A stretch of DNA of 64,000 nt, from assembly GCA_977030845.1 (NCBI GenBank), contig OZ365110.1:21700001-21764000 (forward strand), read 5' to 3'. The position numbers were made by a program, and so were the translations under genes. The DNA is from Fimbriosthenelais zetlandica (Eukaryota). Below are positions 50,103 through 61,598 of this stretch, piece after piece. The stretch's first letter is position 1. Each line of letters starts with the position of its first letter. The notes beneath the pieces are model-generated. The model did not search any database. It was not told where the DNA came from and worked only from the letters and a program-made list of their open reading frames with translations.

Positions 50103-52382
50103 CATGTATATAGGAGAATGTACGGTGTCCTAAAACGACGATTATGTTTGTTTCGCTTTCCCCTCAACTCACTTTCTCTCTCTCTTTAGGAAATTACTAT
50201 TCTGGTTAGTTAAAAAAGATATGGGTTAAATTAATGGGTTAAATTAAGTACTTATTATTTTGTCATAAAGTGTCCTGGCTACCCTTCCTAGCCATAAGAG
50301 AAAATTAGCACATTTGGGCCACCATAATGATAAATCCAGACCATCCTGGTTGAAAGAGGAGAACAGCCCATTGATCGGCCACTCCGAATCTGCTCGATAG
50401 CTTTTAAGCGCGTTTACTCCAATTATACTCAGAGGACAATTTCTAGTCAGCTCACATTCGAAGGATTGTATGAATCTTGAATAAGTAATCGCGCGTACAA
50501 TGCCATTTTTTGGTGTTCTCACGAGTTCATATTAATAATGCAGGGAAGCGGGATAAAGCCTATGACTATATATATGACTCATTATAACTATGAGGTGCAC
50601 AGACATTTTGATTGATCAGCACTTTTTAAAGAATGATCAGGAACCAAGATATTTTATCTCATTTATCCTAGTATTATCATAACTTTATATCCTAATTTTA
50701 TGTCGAAGATAAGAGATTTAAGAAACACATTTTTACTTAGTTATATTTGGATCATATTCATAAAGAATGAATAACTTTGCAATCACTTTTCCGTTAAGCT
50801 TTGACCGGAAAAGCAACTAATGCAACTAGCCTAAACTTAAAGTGGTTGAAAATTTCTTTATCTAAGACAATAGATAGACAGGATTTAACCATTTGATGTA
50901 TGTCTAAAACATATAATTATAGGCTATACAGATTTATTACACACCTACCAACTTAGTTTAGACCATTTCCATGCAGACAGGGAAAATGATCTAAATTTGT
51001 GTAGACCTGTGTATTTAGAAACCAAAAAAAGGCAAAACAGCATATGTCCTCCCTATCCCAACTGATCTTGTCCTCAAACCCTAAAAGTGAGACAAAATAT
51101 ATGAATAATATGTGAATAGAATATTTCAAATGAGTTCACTCACCGGGTTCCTTTGGCATGGTTTCAAATATAGGTGCATACCGGTAACCCTGATATCATC
51201 ATTATTGTTGGTGTCCACAGCAGCGTATATACCAGGGTTGGGCTTATTCTGTCTGGTTGCGTTAGTACTATTTTCATAATCGTCTGTATTACGACACATT
51301 AGTAACTGGAAACTTTCATGTCGGTTGAATAGCATCTTGTGTGGATCAGTATTTTGAAATGCTCAAGCTCAATAATTATATAGCTGGGCTAGCACAGGGC
51401 AATGGAAATAATGATGATGATTCCTGCTTAAATACTTTGCTGATGTTGAGTCAGTTGACACATTAAGTTAGTTACGGTACTTATCAACAACAATGTGATA
51501 GTTATGCCTGGTAGATTGATATCTTGAATCTCTCCATTAGATGTGCTAGCACATTCATCAATATTGAGAGACCAACACGAACAAGGCATCAACTTGATGC
51601 TGTAGGGCACAATGTACAAAGCAGCTGGACACAATCTTGTAGGACTGCTGTACAGGGAGACAGTCACATATCAACTCCTCATTCGGGCACTAGTCCAAGG
51701 TGACCTTGGCATGATTTTTGAATCATTGAATTGAAATACAGAAACAGTGTATCAACCAAACACTAATCCATTTATAGATATGTGTGTTTGACCATGAATC
51801 TTGATATCTGGTTCGAGGTTGACGGGATGTGTTATTTGCTGTTAGTCTGCCATAATCCTGATGTTTTCCTGTCCTGATGACGTTGACAGTGACACTGACA
51901 GCAGGGTTGGCACATCCATGCAGAGGCCTAGACTACGGGTGGGCTAAATATTCCATTTTTTGTATTCAAATTCACAATTGCGGATGTTGGTAGGGCCAGC
52001 GGCTAGGTACGGTAGGCCTAATTAATTAATTAATTAATCCTATCCCAGTCCGGTCTCCGGATGGCCAGGGTACCTGCATGATGCGCCTCACTTCGGTCCT
52101 CCATACATGAAGACAATACCGGTAGAGGATCTACCTGTTGACATGTAATAAAAATATTTATTATATTTTATATTTCTAATAATTATTATAGTACGGTATA
52201 TAATTTCTAGATCTACTAAATTCTAGACTAGTTATTTTAAGCTGCCATTACTTATTCATTACGTCATTACTGCCAGTATAACTATAGGCCTACTGGCACT
52301 AATGCCACTATAGGCCTACTATAGCAAAGAAAGCACTCATCAGGTGTGACCATGGAGTAGAACTAGAAGCTAGTTCTAGTCT

Positions 52383-52417
52383 TGGCTATGCCCGTACCGA
52401 GGGTCAGGCACGAACTG
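52383..52417 (+). mobile_element. Right half of the 85-bp inverted-repeat mini-element
   Basis: 35 bp identical to 53174-53208. Confidence 0.7.
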
Positions 52418-52624
52418 GCTGCTGAGGCCTGAGCCCCTCACTGCCACTGCCACTGCCACTGGCCTGACTCTCAGCCAGGACCCAAGTCCACGTAGGCTAC
52501 GGTACCCGGGTATTTTTAGTAAAAAGCTTACCTGAACTGGAGCAGCAGGAATGGATCTTTAGAACAATGGTTATACGGCAAAAGTGTCTTGAGAGTTCAA
52601 TCGTGTTGCGTTTGTTCAACTTTC

Positions 52625-52680
52625 CACATGGCCATCCTCGCCGATTCTACGGACGGAAGTGAGGTTACGTCACTTCCGGT
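52625..52680. promoter_or_regulatory. Bidirectional housekeeping-type promoter (inverted ETS pair around a CRE-like site, YY1-like site)
   Basis: CGGAAGTG at 52654-52661; TTACGTCA at 52665-52672; CACTTCCGG at 52671-52679; GATGGCC on minus near 52630; CpG-rich; splice donors on both sides (minus CAG|GTAAG at 52532). Confidence 0.65.
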
Positions 52681-53127
52681 CCCTTCAACTCATGCGAGGT
52701 CGGCAGGCGGCAGGGGTGACAAGGGCAAGGCATGAGACTGATTTTCTAGATTTCCAAGCTTCGTAGGTACACATGCCCGTTGAATTAGTGACTATATCTC
52801 AGGGAGTAAGTTACTTTCCAATATTATTTAAATCCGCCCACTTCCTTTTAAATTTAATGCCTTTTATTAGGCCCAATTCTTTTATAAATACTAAAATAGT
52901 GACTAAGTCAGTGCATAGTTCTACTATTATTATTATCTATGGTCAGTGCCAGTGTCAGCGCCAGCGGTGTCACTCAGACCATAGATAATAGTAGAATGAG
53001 TTACTGTCTACAGGCTACACAGTTTACAAAGTTAGAGTGGGTACCGCTAACTCATCACAATGTGACTCATTGCAACTCACATTGTGAGTTACAACTAAAT
53101 CAGAACTCGATCAGACAGAGTCAGCAG

Positions 53128-53212
53128 TAGTCAGTTCGTGCCTGACTCTGCACAACATGGGTTGTTTAGATCGTGGCTATGCCCGTACCGAGGGTCAGGC
53201 ACGAACTGACTA
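53128..53212. mobile_element. 85-bp MITE-like element with perfect 19-bp terminal inverted repeats
   Basis: TAGTCAGTTCGTGCCTGAC (53128-53146) and GTCAGGCACGAACTGACTA (53194-53212). Both ends include TA, a possible target duplication. Two further partial copies in the window. Confidence 0.8.
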
Positions 53213-53412
53213 AGTCAGCAGTGGCCAGACTGTAGTGTAGCCTAGGCTGTAGTGTAGGCCTAGGACCCAACCCTAGAGCGGGAACTTTGTCAAAATTAAC
53301 GTTTACAAGGCCTAGGCTAATTATTATAGATCTATGAAGTGTTCCTAGATTCCAGAAACATGACATTATGTACCCATTTATTTTCAGACCGACCCTGTTT
53401 GTATTTGTGGAC

Positions 53413-56400
53413 ATGGCCACGTGTGAGGTTGGTGAAGGTTACAGGTGTAACCTCAGTTCGGACGCCGCCCTCTCTCAGCTCCTCTCCCAAGTTTGTTATG
53501 TGTCCACCATCGACTCGCTGCAGCTTTCAGGAGAAGGTTATCTACTTGATTTCAGGCTTTAAAATTGTTTTCTGAATTTCAAAACTTATGTTTTGGACTC
53601 TAGCTATAGAAAGTAGGGACATAGCTATAGTATGCCCTGAGAGTGAATGGGAGGAAGACCGTCCCGAGGGCGTTAGCCCGAGGATAGCATATTAATAAAA
53701 GGCGGTAACGGATTTGGAATTTGGGAAAGACAAAGTGAGGTGCTCAATAAATCAGGGCATATTTTCAGCAACGAAAAAGGGGGTATTTCGACCCCCTGCG
53801 CTCATCTTCCCCACCCGGCCCTGGGCCTGGATCCGCCCATCATTATGTTCATAACGTTAGAGTGGGGCTGCATTGTATTTTTCACAGAGACAGGGCTGAC
53901 CCCCCATCCTCCCTCTGCAGGGTGCGCACCTGAATAATGAAATTTATGAGATGTACATGTGTTATTCCGTAATTCGGTAACAAATAATTTTATTTTTCAG
54001 TGGTAAAATGTGTGGAATGTTTTATCGGAAATCACTGTTTGCCCAACAATACTTGTGACGAAGGAACAGCCGGACCAACTTGTGAAAGATGTCTTCATTC
54101 TTCAGAAGCTGGTAAAAACTATAGTTTTACAAAGCTATTAATTTTGAATACCGGGTAGACGTTTTTCAGACAACATTTTCTTTTTTATTGATCCGGTAAC
54201 TGTAAACATTTTCAATGATGCATGTAGACAAACAAAAATTATGCACATCTTCACCTTCAGTTTCCCCGTGATAGGCTTATAGGCCACATATTCTTACTTA
54301 CATCAGTTCCTACAAAGACAATTTTTATTCTGTTATCTCAGATCCCAGCTACCATGAATTTGGAAGTATTTGTGTAAAATGCGATTCCTTGCCTATCGGT
54401 GCCATTGCGGCAGCTTTTTTCTGGTTGATTGTCCTGGGTTCCCTGCTCTTCAATCGCTTCCGACCATCTTCTTGTCTCAAGGTAAAGGGTAAAAACCGTT
54501 TGTTTTTTTTGCACAAGGCTGGGGGTTTTCCCACAAACATTCTACTCTATATAAACTATTAGTATTACAGTATTATAGGTAGACATTATTTTCTAATATT
54601 TTAATTGTGTAAGCCTAATGATATATATTTCATACTTTTGACAACAGGTCCGCCAGTTCATCAACTTTGGACAGCTGCTCGCTTTCACGTTTGCAGCAAG
54701 ATTGGCATGGCCCAGAACTACCATGACCTACCTCAAATACTCGGCCATTACCTTGGGCACCACCTACCCCTTCTCTCTGGGTAAGCCTAAAAATTTATTT
54801 ATTTATTAAATTAGCCAACTGTGTATCATGTCCTTTTGCTTCTGTCTATAAATACTTATACAATGTATTTTTTATTTATATTTCACTATATTTCAGAGTG
54901 TTTTTCCAGTTTTGAGTTTTACCACCACTTCACGGAGTGGGTTGTGTGTATGGGTCTTCCTCTCCTGTGTCTTTTCCTGCTCAAGTTTCATAATTCCATA
55001 ACAGTACGTAATCTTTTTATAATTTATTATACTATTAATCAAGGCTACTTGGTTTAATATTTCAATCATGGTGACTATTTTATGATTAGATTTGTTTTGT
55101 ATTTGTTGCCAGGTTCGCCTCTTGTCAAGGAGAACAGAGCGCAATGAGAGGTTAGAAGTGTACAGAAGTATGGCCAGATGGCGCCGCCTCTTCACCTTAC
55201 TCGCCTTGATGTGGTTTGGTCCACTCACACGGAGCACACTCAGGGCTAATGCCTGTCTCTCATCTGTCCCTAAGGTAAGATTAATTTTTTGACTTTCTTT
55301 TACACATAAAATTCAACATATATACAATATGATACATATGAGAATTTGAAGAAATTATCTAAAAAGTGGAGTGAGAGAAATATGAAGGGGATAGATAATA
55401 TGGGGATAATCCGATTGCCTGTGTTCTTGGTCCAATTTCATATACTACTTACATAGAATTTATATTGTAAGAAAAGTTGTAAGAAACTTAGAACTTTATT
55501 AACATTTTAATTAAAGAGAACAAGAAAAATACATGACACATATCAGGAAAGATAATTAATTTAGATAATTTAATTTCACAGAAATTGACTTTATCAGAGG
55601 ATATCGATGCGTTCCTGTACGATCAGAATCAAAACTGCGATGACATATCTTTTCAGGTGAGAACTTAAATAAACAAAATTAATATTATTAATTAATAACC
55701 CTTAATTCTACGGATTATTATTTACGTATAGAAACCAAAAGAAAACAAAAAAATTAACAAAAAACTAAAACCAAACCAAGATACTTTTTTGTGGCTATTT
55801 TATTCGCTTGTCCTCACCAATAAAATTGATTTTATTAAAAATGTTTTTTTTTCTCTAGGCATTGAACTTCTGCTGCACCATTTGTCTCCTGCTATTCGTC
55901 CTTACCGCTCCTCTGCTGCTTCTCTTTGTAACGCTGAGATTCAGGAAGTGGAATCTGCTCGATAAAAACCTGCCTTTTTATGGGTAAGAAATGACTGCTT
56001 ATCACAATCTTTATTTAGCTTTTCTTTCTTTTTTCTTCATCTCTAATTAATATTTTGCGGTTTTTGAGCAAGAGGAAAAATTTGAATAAGCATTATCTGA
56101 TATATACACGAACCAAATGAAATAAAAAATATAAATTTATTTTTTCCCTTTTATATTCAGAGCTCTATATGAGAACTACAACCGTCGGGGTTGTTTCTGG
56201 GAGTCTGTGATCCTTACACGGAAGCTTGTTTACCTCCTCCTGACTGAAATCTATCCTCTCGGGTATGATTTAATTCTTTAGACTTTACATTCTTTATTAA
56301 ACAAATATATTCTTTATGTAATTTGAAACCATGATATGTTTAGTAATTTAAATAGTTTTATAAGAATTAATTTTTTCATAATTTTACATAATTTATAGGG

Positions 56401-56909
56401 GTTTCGCACAGATAGTCTGTATGGCTATCTTGACTGTGGTCTATCTCATCCTCTTTGCTGCATTTAGACCATTTAGGTAAGTAAGATGATATTTGTTCGA
56501 ATCGTAGTTTACTCAGGACGAAAATTAGCCATAGACTTACCATTACTAATTATCATTTTGAAACGGGCCCTAGATCGATCTTTTGTGCACCTTTCCAAAT
56601 ATTGAAGCATTAAATTGGCTAACTTTCTGATATATTGTAACTCTTCTGATATATATATAACTCTTGTTTCTGCCTCTACAGCCCCTGCAGATACAAGAAA
56701 TGTCGAGTGAAATTTGATGCCAGCGTCTTCTTTGAGGTAGGCTCTCCTTTGTTCTGATTTAAAACCTCATTTTTCTGAATTTGCAGGAAATCTCAATCCA
56801 AGGTGCCTCAATCTCCCCAAGTATAATAATTTCTCAAGGCTGTTATTTTATACTCCTTTCACGGTCTACTCCTGTTCATTCGCCATCTAGTGGTTCCTCC
56901 GCAACCTAA
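53413..56909 (+). CDS. Uncharacterised Cys-rich N-terminal, multi-pass membrane protein (protist/fungal TRP-like-C-terminal 'YGxLYExY..WE..RK' family); ~444 aa
   Basis: Exons 53413-53536, 54001-54111, 54342-54481, 54648-54780, 54897-55003, 55113-55274, 55582-55656, 55859-55983, 56161-56262, 56399-56476, 56682-56736, 56787-56909 join in frame (1335 nt). Motifs: CDEGTAGPTCERC, FINFGQ...WP, SLECF, YGALYENYNRRGCFWESVILTRK, AQ...FRPF; 6-7 hydrophobic segments. First and last exons are less certain. Confidence 0.85.
56881..56893. promoter_or_regulatory. CTCF-consensus site
   Basis: CGCCATCTAGTGG matches the bilaterian CTCF core; a weaker TGCCACCTAGTGT lies near 57494. Confidence 0.4.
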
Positions 56910-58036
56910 AATAACAATTTGTACCAGTATGTATTCCCCGGTCTGATTAGACTGACATAATATTAATTAACTAAATATATACAACTGGGTTACCCTAGAT
57001 CTAGCTTTTTCTTTATTATTTGTCCTCGTGTTGTACACAATATATGATCGACACTCTTACTTGTCCGAAGAACATTTTAAGATATTTAAGGTATTTTTTC
57101 ATTTGCTGCAGCGCCCGTATTTGCATGGGAAGTATAAATTATTCTACCATATTTAATATATTGTTGCCATCATATTTTTAATTCGTGACATGTGAAAATA
57201 TGGTGAAATATAAGAACAGCTAGGCCCAGGAGTCAGGGCATTGGCCCTGGCTGGATCTATTATAGGACAGAAATAAAACACACCGGTATGTCGCTCCCAC
57301 CTTATATGCTCCCTCCCACCGCTCTACCTCCCAAATTTTCTCCCTCCCCTCGTCAGAACTTCCAAGAACTGGACCTATTAACCGATAAATGGAAAGCCAT
57401 CAAGAAGTATTTCTTAGAAGACGCTTAAGAAATAATATTTGAAATGTATGTCTTATATATTAGATGCAGACAGGTGTATAACGTCTTGAATAACTGCCAC
57501 CTAGTGTCACTAAGCGTAACTAGTGATTGGCAGTTTTTCCTCTACCTTATGCTTCATAATTTAATAACCAATATTTTAATTTAAGAGAAATTATTCTTAG
57601 AACCAAAAAGATGATGATATTTTTATTGCGGATCTACACGAATATAGAAAAATAATGAAAAAATGCGGAAATAGAAATAGAAAATAATGGTTTCAGATTT
57701 GCTATTATATTCTTAGACTGTCGGTGAGAATTATCCTTATATCTGATTCATATAAGATAATGTTTAATATGTTTCATCATTTATTATACTTTTGACTAGC
57801 TTTTGAAGAGGAAAGATTTTAAAAAATTATCCATATATTGACTTTACTTGAATCTGTGTTGAATTGGATGATATTAATTCCATTGTGTCCTAGATAATCC
57901 AGCAGACATGCTCCCATTTGTCTGACCGGGAAAGTGATGCCCATATAAGGGGTTGTTTATTTGTTCCTAAAGAGATGAAATAGAATCATGGATTTATGTC
58001 AAGGCAACTAGATATAATGTACCTGGTCCCCTTATA

Positions 58037-58075
58037 CCTTCCTCCCTCCCTCCCTCCCTCCCTCCCTCCCTCTCT
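58037..58075. repeat. (CCCT)n microsatellite
   Basis: About 8 cctc/ccct units. Confidence 0.9.
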
Positions 58076-60020
58076 GGGAGAGGAGAGCACTCAACAAAAT
58101 CTTACTAGATTGCCAAGCACCTTCCCGGTGTCAGGGAGAAAGGGTTGCTAACTGCAGACCCTATCCATGGAATTATAAAAGGATATAAGTCCTTAAGCTT
58201 ACCTTCGAAAAATATGCATATAATGTGAGTCCTTCAGTCAGCTGTATTAACCTTGTTGCCACTAAAAAAAACACTAGACATACAATTAGAGTAACCCCTT
58301 TACATATGATCCCTATGGTGGGCAATTTAGTACGTTGAACACGGAAGTATTGCACCACTTTAGGGACACGATGAAAAGGGATGAAGCATTGACTGTTAAT
58401 GAGTGAATGAGGGAGGGAGTGAAGGAGTGAGTAAATGAGTGAAGAGAAGGAGCGAGTAAATGAGTGAAGGAGTAATTGAGTAATGGCGGGAGGGACTGAC
58501 TGATATTCGTCTGAGAAAAATGTGAAAAGATAAGAGCTCGGAAGGAGCTGTATTTAAAATGAGCGTTGCCTTACTTTATTTTCCAAGAAATAGCATGAAG
58601 AATTTTTCGGAGAAGTTAATCAGACCATAGCTGTTGAGATTCATAAATAAGAGAACTGCTAGTGTTGAGACGAGACTCAGTCATCCATAAGGTCTCCTAT
58701 AAAGGGGACCAAGGTACAGTTTGTATAATTTGTACTAACTTGGTCTAAAAGGAAACCTGATGGAATATAATATAAGACACACCCTCGTTGAGATCATTTC
58801 GTATAGAGCTACGATGTTTATTATGTACATTATGATAAAAAATAGTTATAATAAAATTTAATTATGAAAATTATGACTGATAAATAATAATATTAAATAT
58901 ATTATAACTACATGTACATTATAAATATATTATATTAAATATTACCAATAATGAAAGTATTAATGATTCTCGTCTATTGTTCAATTTTTCCTTTTCAAAG
59001 ATGTTTCTCCTCTTTTTCTTTGACTTTTGTATGACAAAACCATACATATTGCTTGGTACACAAGTACCTAAATAACCAATTTTGCATCTCAGGACGAACA
59101 TTTTGGCGTCCTACCTTGTTTCTTATAAAAAAAAAATCAACCAAGGAGAACGCCTGTATATGTTATCATATTAGCAGGCCCGTTAACCTTGGCATGTACT
59201 CAATTGAGAACACGCAACTGAAAGACACACAGTTCTATATTTCACCTGGATATTATTTTTAGAAGAAGAAAAAATGAAGGAGGGACTCCTTACTAAGTAT
59301 GTGCCAGCACCTCATTTGTCAGGTGCCAATTCCATCCCAGCATCTTACCCTCCCCTACATATAATTAGTATGGTCTCTCGGCAGGAGTATTTCTATAACC
59401 AAACCGAATGCAGAACTATTATTGGTGAGGGTGGTACCATAACCTGTCTTCCTTATCCTCCCTCCCTCCCTCCCTCCCTTCTATTCCATCTACTCACTCA
59501 TACACACCCACTTGTTACCTATGTATGTATACCCATAGGTAATGTGTGTGTGTGCAAAACCCTGTGGAACGAGAAGGGCAGTGTGAAAAGAGAGGCGGTC
59601 CTTAATATTTTTCCTGTATGAATGCTTCGATATAAGTAGGTATAGCGTTCATTGCGGAAACCAAGACCCTCCTACACTGCTTATTAATTATTCCTCATTT
59701 GCATACGGATCGACCAAAGTAATGATGGCATAACGGGTATTGAAGATGATGTTGGTTGCAATCCTCTTCCTCAACTCTAGTGGTGGTATATATAGGGCCT
59801 TTCTTCTCCCCAACTCTTTACATTGCCAATGCCTTGCATGACCATTGCATGTCTCTGAAATTAGAGAAAACTTCCACATTTGGACAAACTTGATTGCCCG
59901 AAATCTCCAGTTCAAATACTTTCCAAGATTCTTCCTCTCGCGAAGAAATACTCACAAATTCTACTTTAACTTACCGCATCTCCTTGACTTATTTGTGGGT
60001 ATTACTGTAACATTATCATC

Positions 60021-61598
60021 ATGGAAATCCCCATCAAAGTGATATCTCTAATGATAGTGATAATCAGTGCCCAGGCTGAGAAATCCACGAAGATACTTCT
60101 CTATCCTTATGGACATTGCATGAACTCTCATCTGCTGGTTGTGGAACGTTTAGGAGCTATTTTATACGAGAAGGGCCATGATCTGCATATGTTGATCAAT
60201 TCCCAGTACAAGACATTCAGGCCTTCCACGGAAGAGGAACCCCTCTCCCCGATGACTCTGGTTGAATTCCAAGCACCCAGCAATTATACCACCGTCTGTG
60301 ATTATGATACAATAGATTACTCTCTTTATTCACCGGTGCAGGAACGCTTCAACTTCTTCATAGAAACATCGGCTAAATACTGCGAACAGATCGTGAGCGA
60401 CGAAGCCTTGATGAAAAAGCTGAAATCAGAGAGGTATGACTTGTTCATTGTAGAAGCTGTGGATCCATGTGGCCGTATTCTAGCTGACTATTTAGACGTG
60501 CCTTTTATTCCTCTTATCACAACGGGTTTAGGACATTGGGATGGAAACTTCCGACCCCCATCCTACATCCCCTCCCCTATATCACCCTTCACGCCTAACA
60601 TGAACTTTCTGGAAAGGGCTGGAAATTTCTTCATGAAACTCATGTACGAAAGCATTCCTGTCATCATGGGTTTTGATGCCAAGTTTGAAAAACTGAAGCA
60701 AACGTATAACCTGAATACATCCATCTCTTTAGCCGACACCTTTAAACGTGCCTCTGTCAAATTGGTCAACTCAGATTTTACCTTTGAATATGTTGCACCT
60801 ATCGAACCGGACACTGTCCTTGTTGGTGGCTTTGCCATCAATAAACCCAAACCACTACCTGAGAAGCTCAGAGCATTTGTTGAAGGATCAGGAGAACATG
60901 GAACTATCATCTTTTCCATGGGGACAGTAGTAAAAAGCTTTGATGATAAGTGGTATCGGATGTTTTTTGATGTTTTCTCTCGGATCCCACAAAGGGTCAT
61001 ATGGCGATTCTGCAGATCATCTATACCTGAGGGTTTGGTTGTCCCGGACAATGTCCTTTTGGTCGATTGGATCCCACAGACCGACCTACTGGCTCATTCC
61101 CAAGTGAAACTGTTCATCACACACTGTGGGCTGAACAGTGCCATGGAAGCAGCCTATTATGGCAAACCCGTGCTGGCAATGCCCATGTTTGCTGATCAAT
61201 TCAGCCAGTCGGGCAAATTGACCAAACATGCAGGTATGGGCCTTGAGGTGGACCTTTTCTCTGTCACTGAGGCATCCCTCTACCAACACTTGACTCAAGT
61301 GCTCTTTGATCCCAGCTTCCAGCAAAACGCAGAAAAAATGTCCAAGAGATTCAAGGACCAGTTGGTCACTCCTGTGGACAGAACCCTCTTCTGGATAGAG
61401 TACGTGATGAGACATAGTGGTGCTTTCCATCTCAAATCACAAGCGCATAAACTGACTTGGGTCCAGTATTTTTGTCTGGATGTACTTCTTGCTGTGGTTA
61501 TCATAGCATTTTTATGTTTAAAATTGGCAGCCATATCTTCAACAGCTTTGATCAAAATCACCCTGAGAATTATATTTCCGAAGAGAAAGATTTGTTAA
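60021..61598 (+). CDS. UDP-glycosyltransferase (GT1, UGT/CGT type), ER type I membrane protein, single coding exon; 525 aa
   Basis: Signal peptide MEIPIKVISLMIVIISAQA; catalytic His region NSH; UGT signature WIPQTDLLAHSQVKLFITHCGLNSAMEAAYYGKPVLAMPMFADQ; FWIEYVMRH; QYFCLDV followed by a TM helix; basic ER-retrieval-like tail KRKIC. Confidence 0.97.
   Translation: MEIPIKVISLMIVIISAQAEKSTKILLYPYGHCMNSHLLVVERLGAILYEKGHDLHMLINSQYKTFRPSTEEEPLSPMTLVEFQAPSNYTTVCDYDTIDYSLYSPVQERFNFFIETSAKYCEQIVSDEALMKKLKSERYDLFIVEAVDPCGRILADYLDVPFIPLITTGLGHWDGNFRPPSYIPSPISPFTPNMNFLERAGNFFMKLMYESIPVIMGFDAKFEKLKQTYNLNTSISLADTFKRASVKLVNSDFTFEYVAPIEPDTVLVGGFAINKPKPLPEKLRAFVEGSGEHGTIIFSMGTVVKSFDDKWYRMFFDVFSRIPQRVIWRFCRSSIPEGLVVPDNVLLVDWIPQTDLLAHSQVKLFITHCGLNSAMEAAYYGKPVLAMPMFADQFSQSGKLTKHAGMGLEVDLFSVTEASLYQHLTQVLFDPSFQQNAEKMSKRFKDQLVTPVDRTLFWIEYVMRHSGAFHLKSQAHKLTWVQYFCLDVLLAVVIIAFLCLKLAAISSTALIKITLRIIFPKRKIC

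Noticed and set aside
50244-51667. Minus ORFs at 50244-50522, 51126-51335 and 51428-51667 (including an NIDECAS EGF-like word) as channel 5' exons or a separate gene
   Set aside because: Splice phases do not join the 49411 exon, a better ATG exon exists at 50020-49964, and the EGF cysteine pattern does not continue.
53663-53683. cccgagggcgttagcccgagg motif reminiscent of widespread invertebrate non-autonomous repeats
   Set aside because: Single short match; element boundaries could not be defined.
60563-61561. Antisense ORFs of 88-162 aa over the UGT
   Set aside because: Shadow ORFs of the UGT coding strand.
8707-61598. Functional gene cluster linking hillarin, channel, membrane protein and UGT
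   Set aside because: No shared motifs or pathway logic visible in the sequence; adjacency alone is not evidence.
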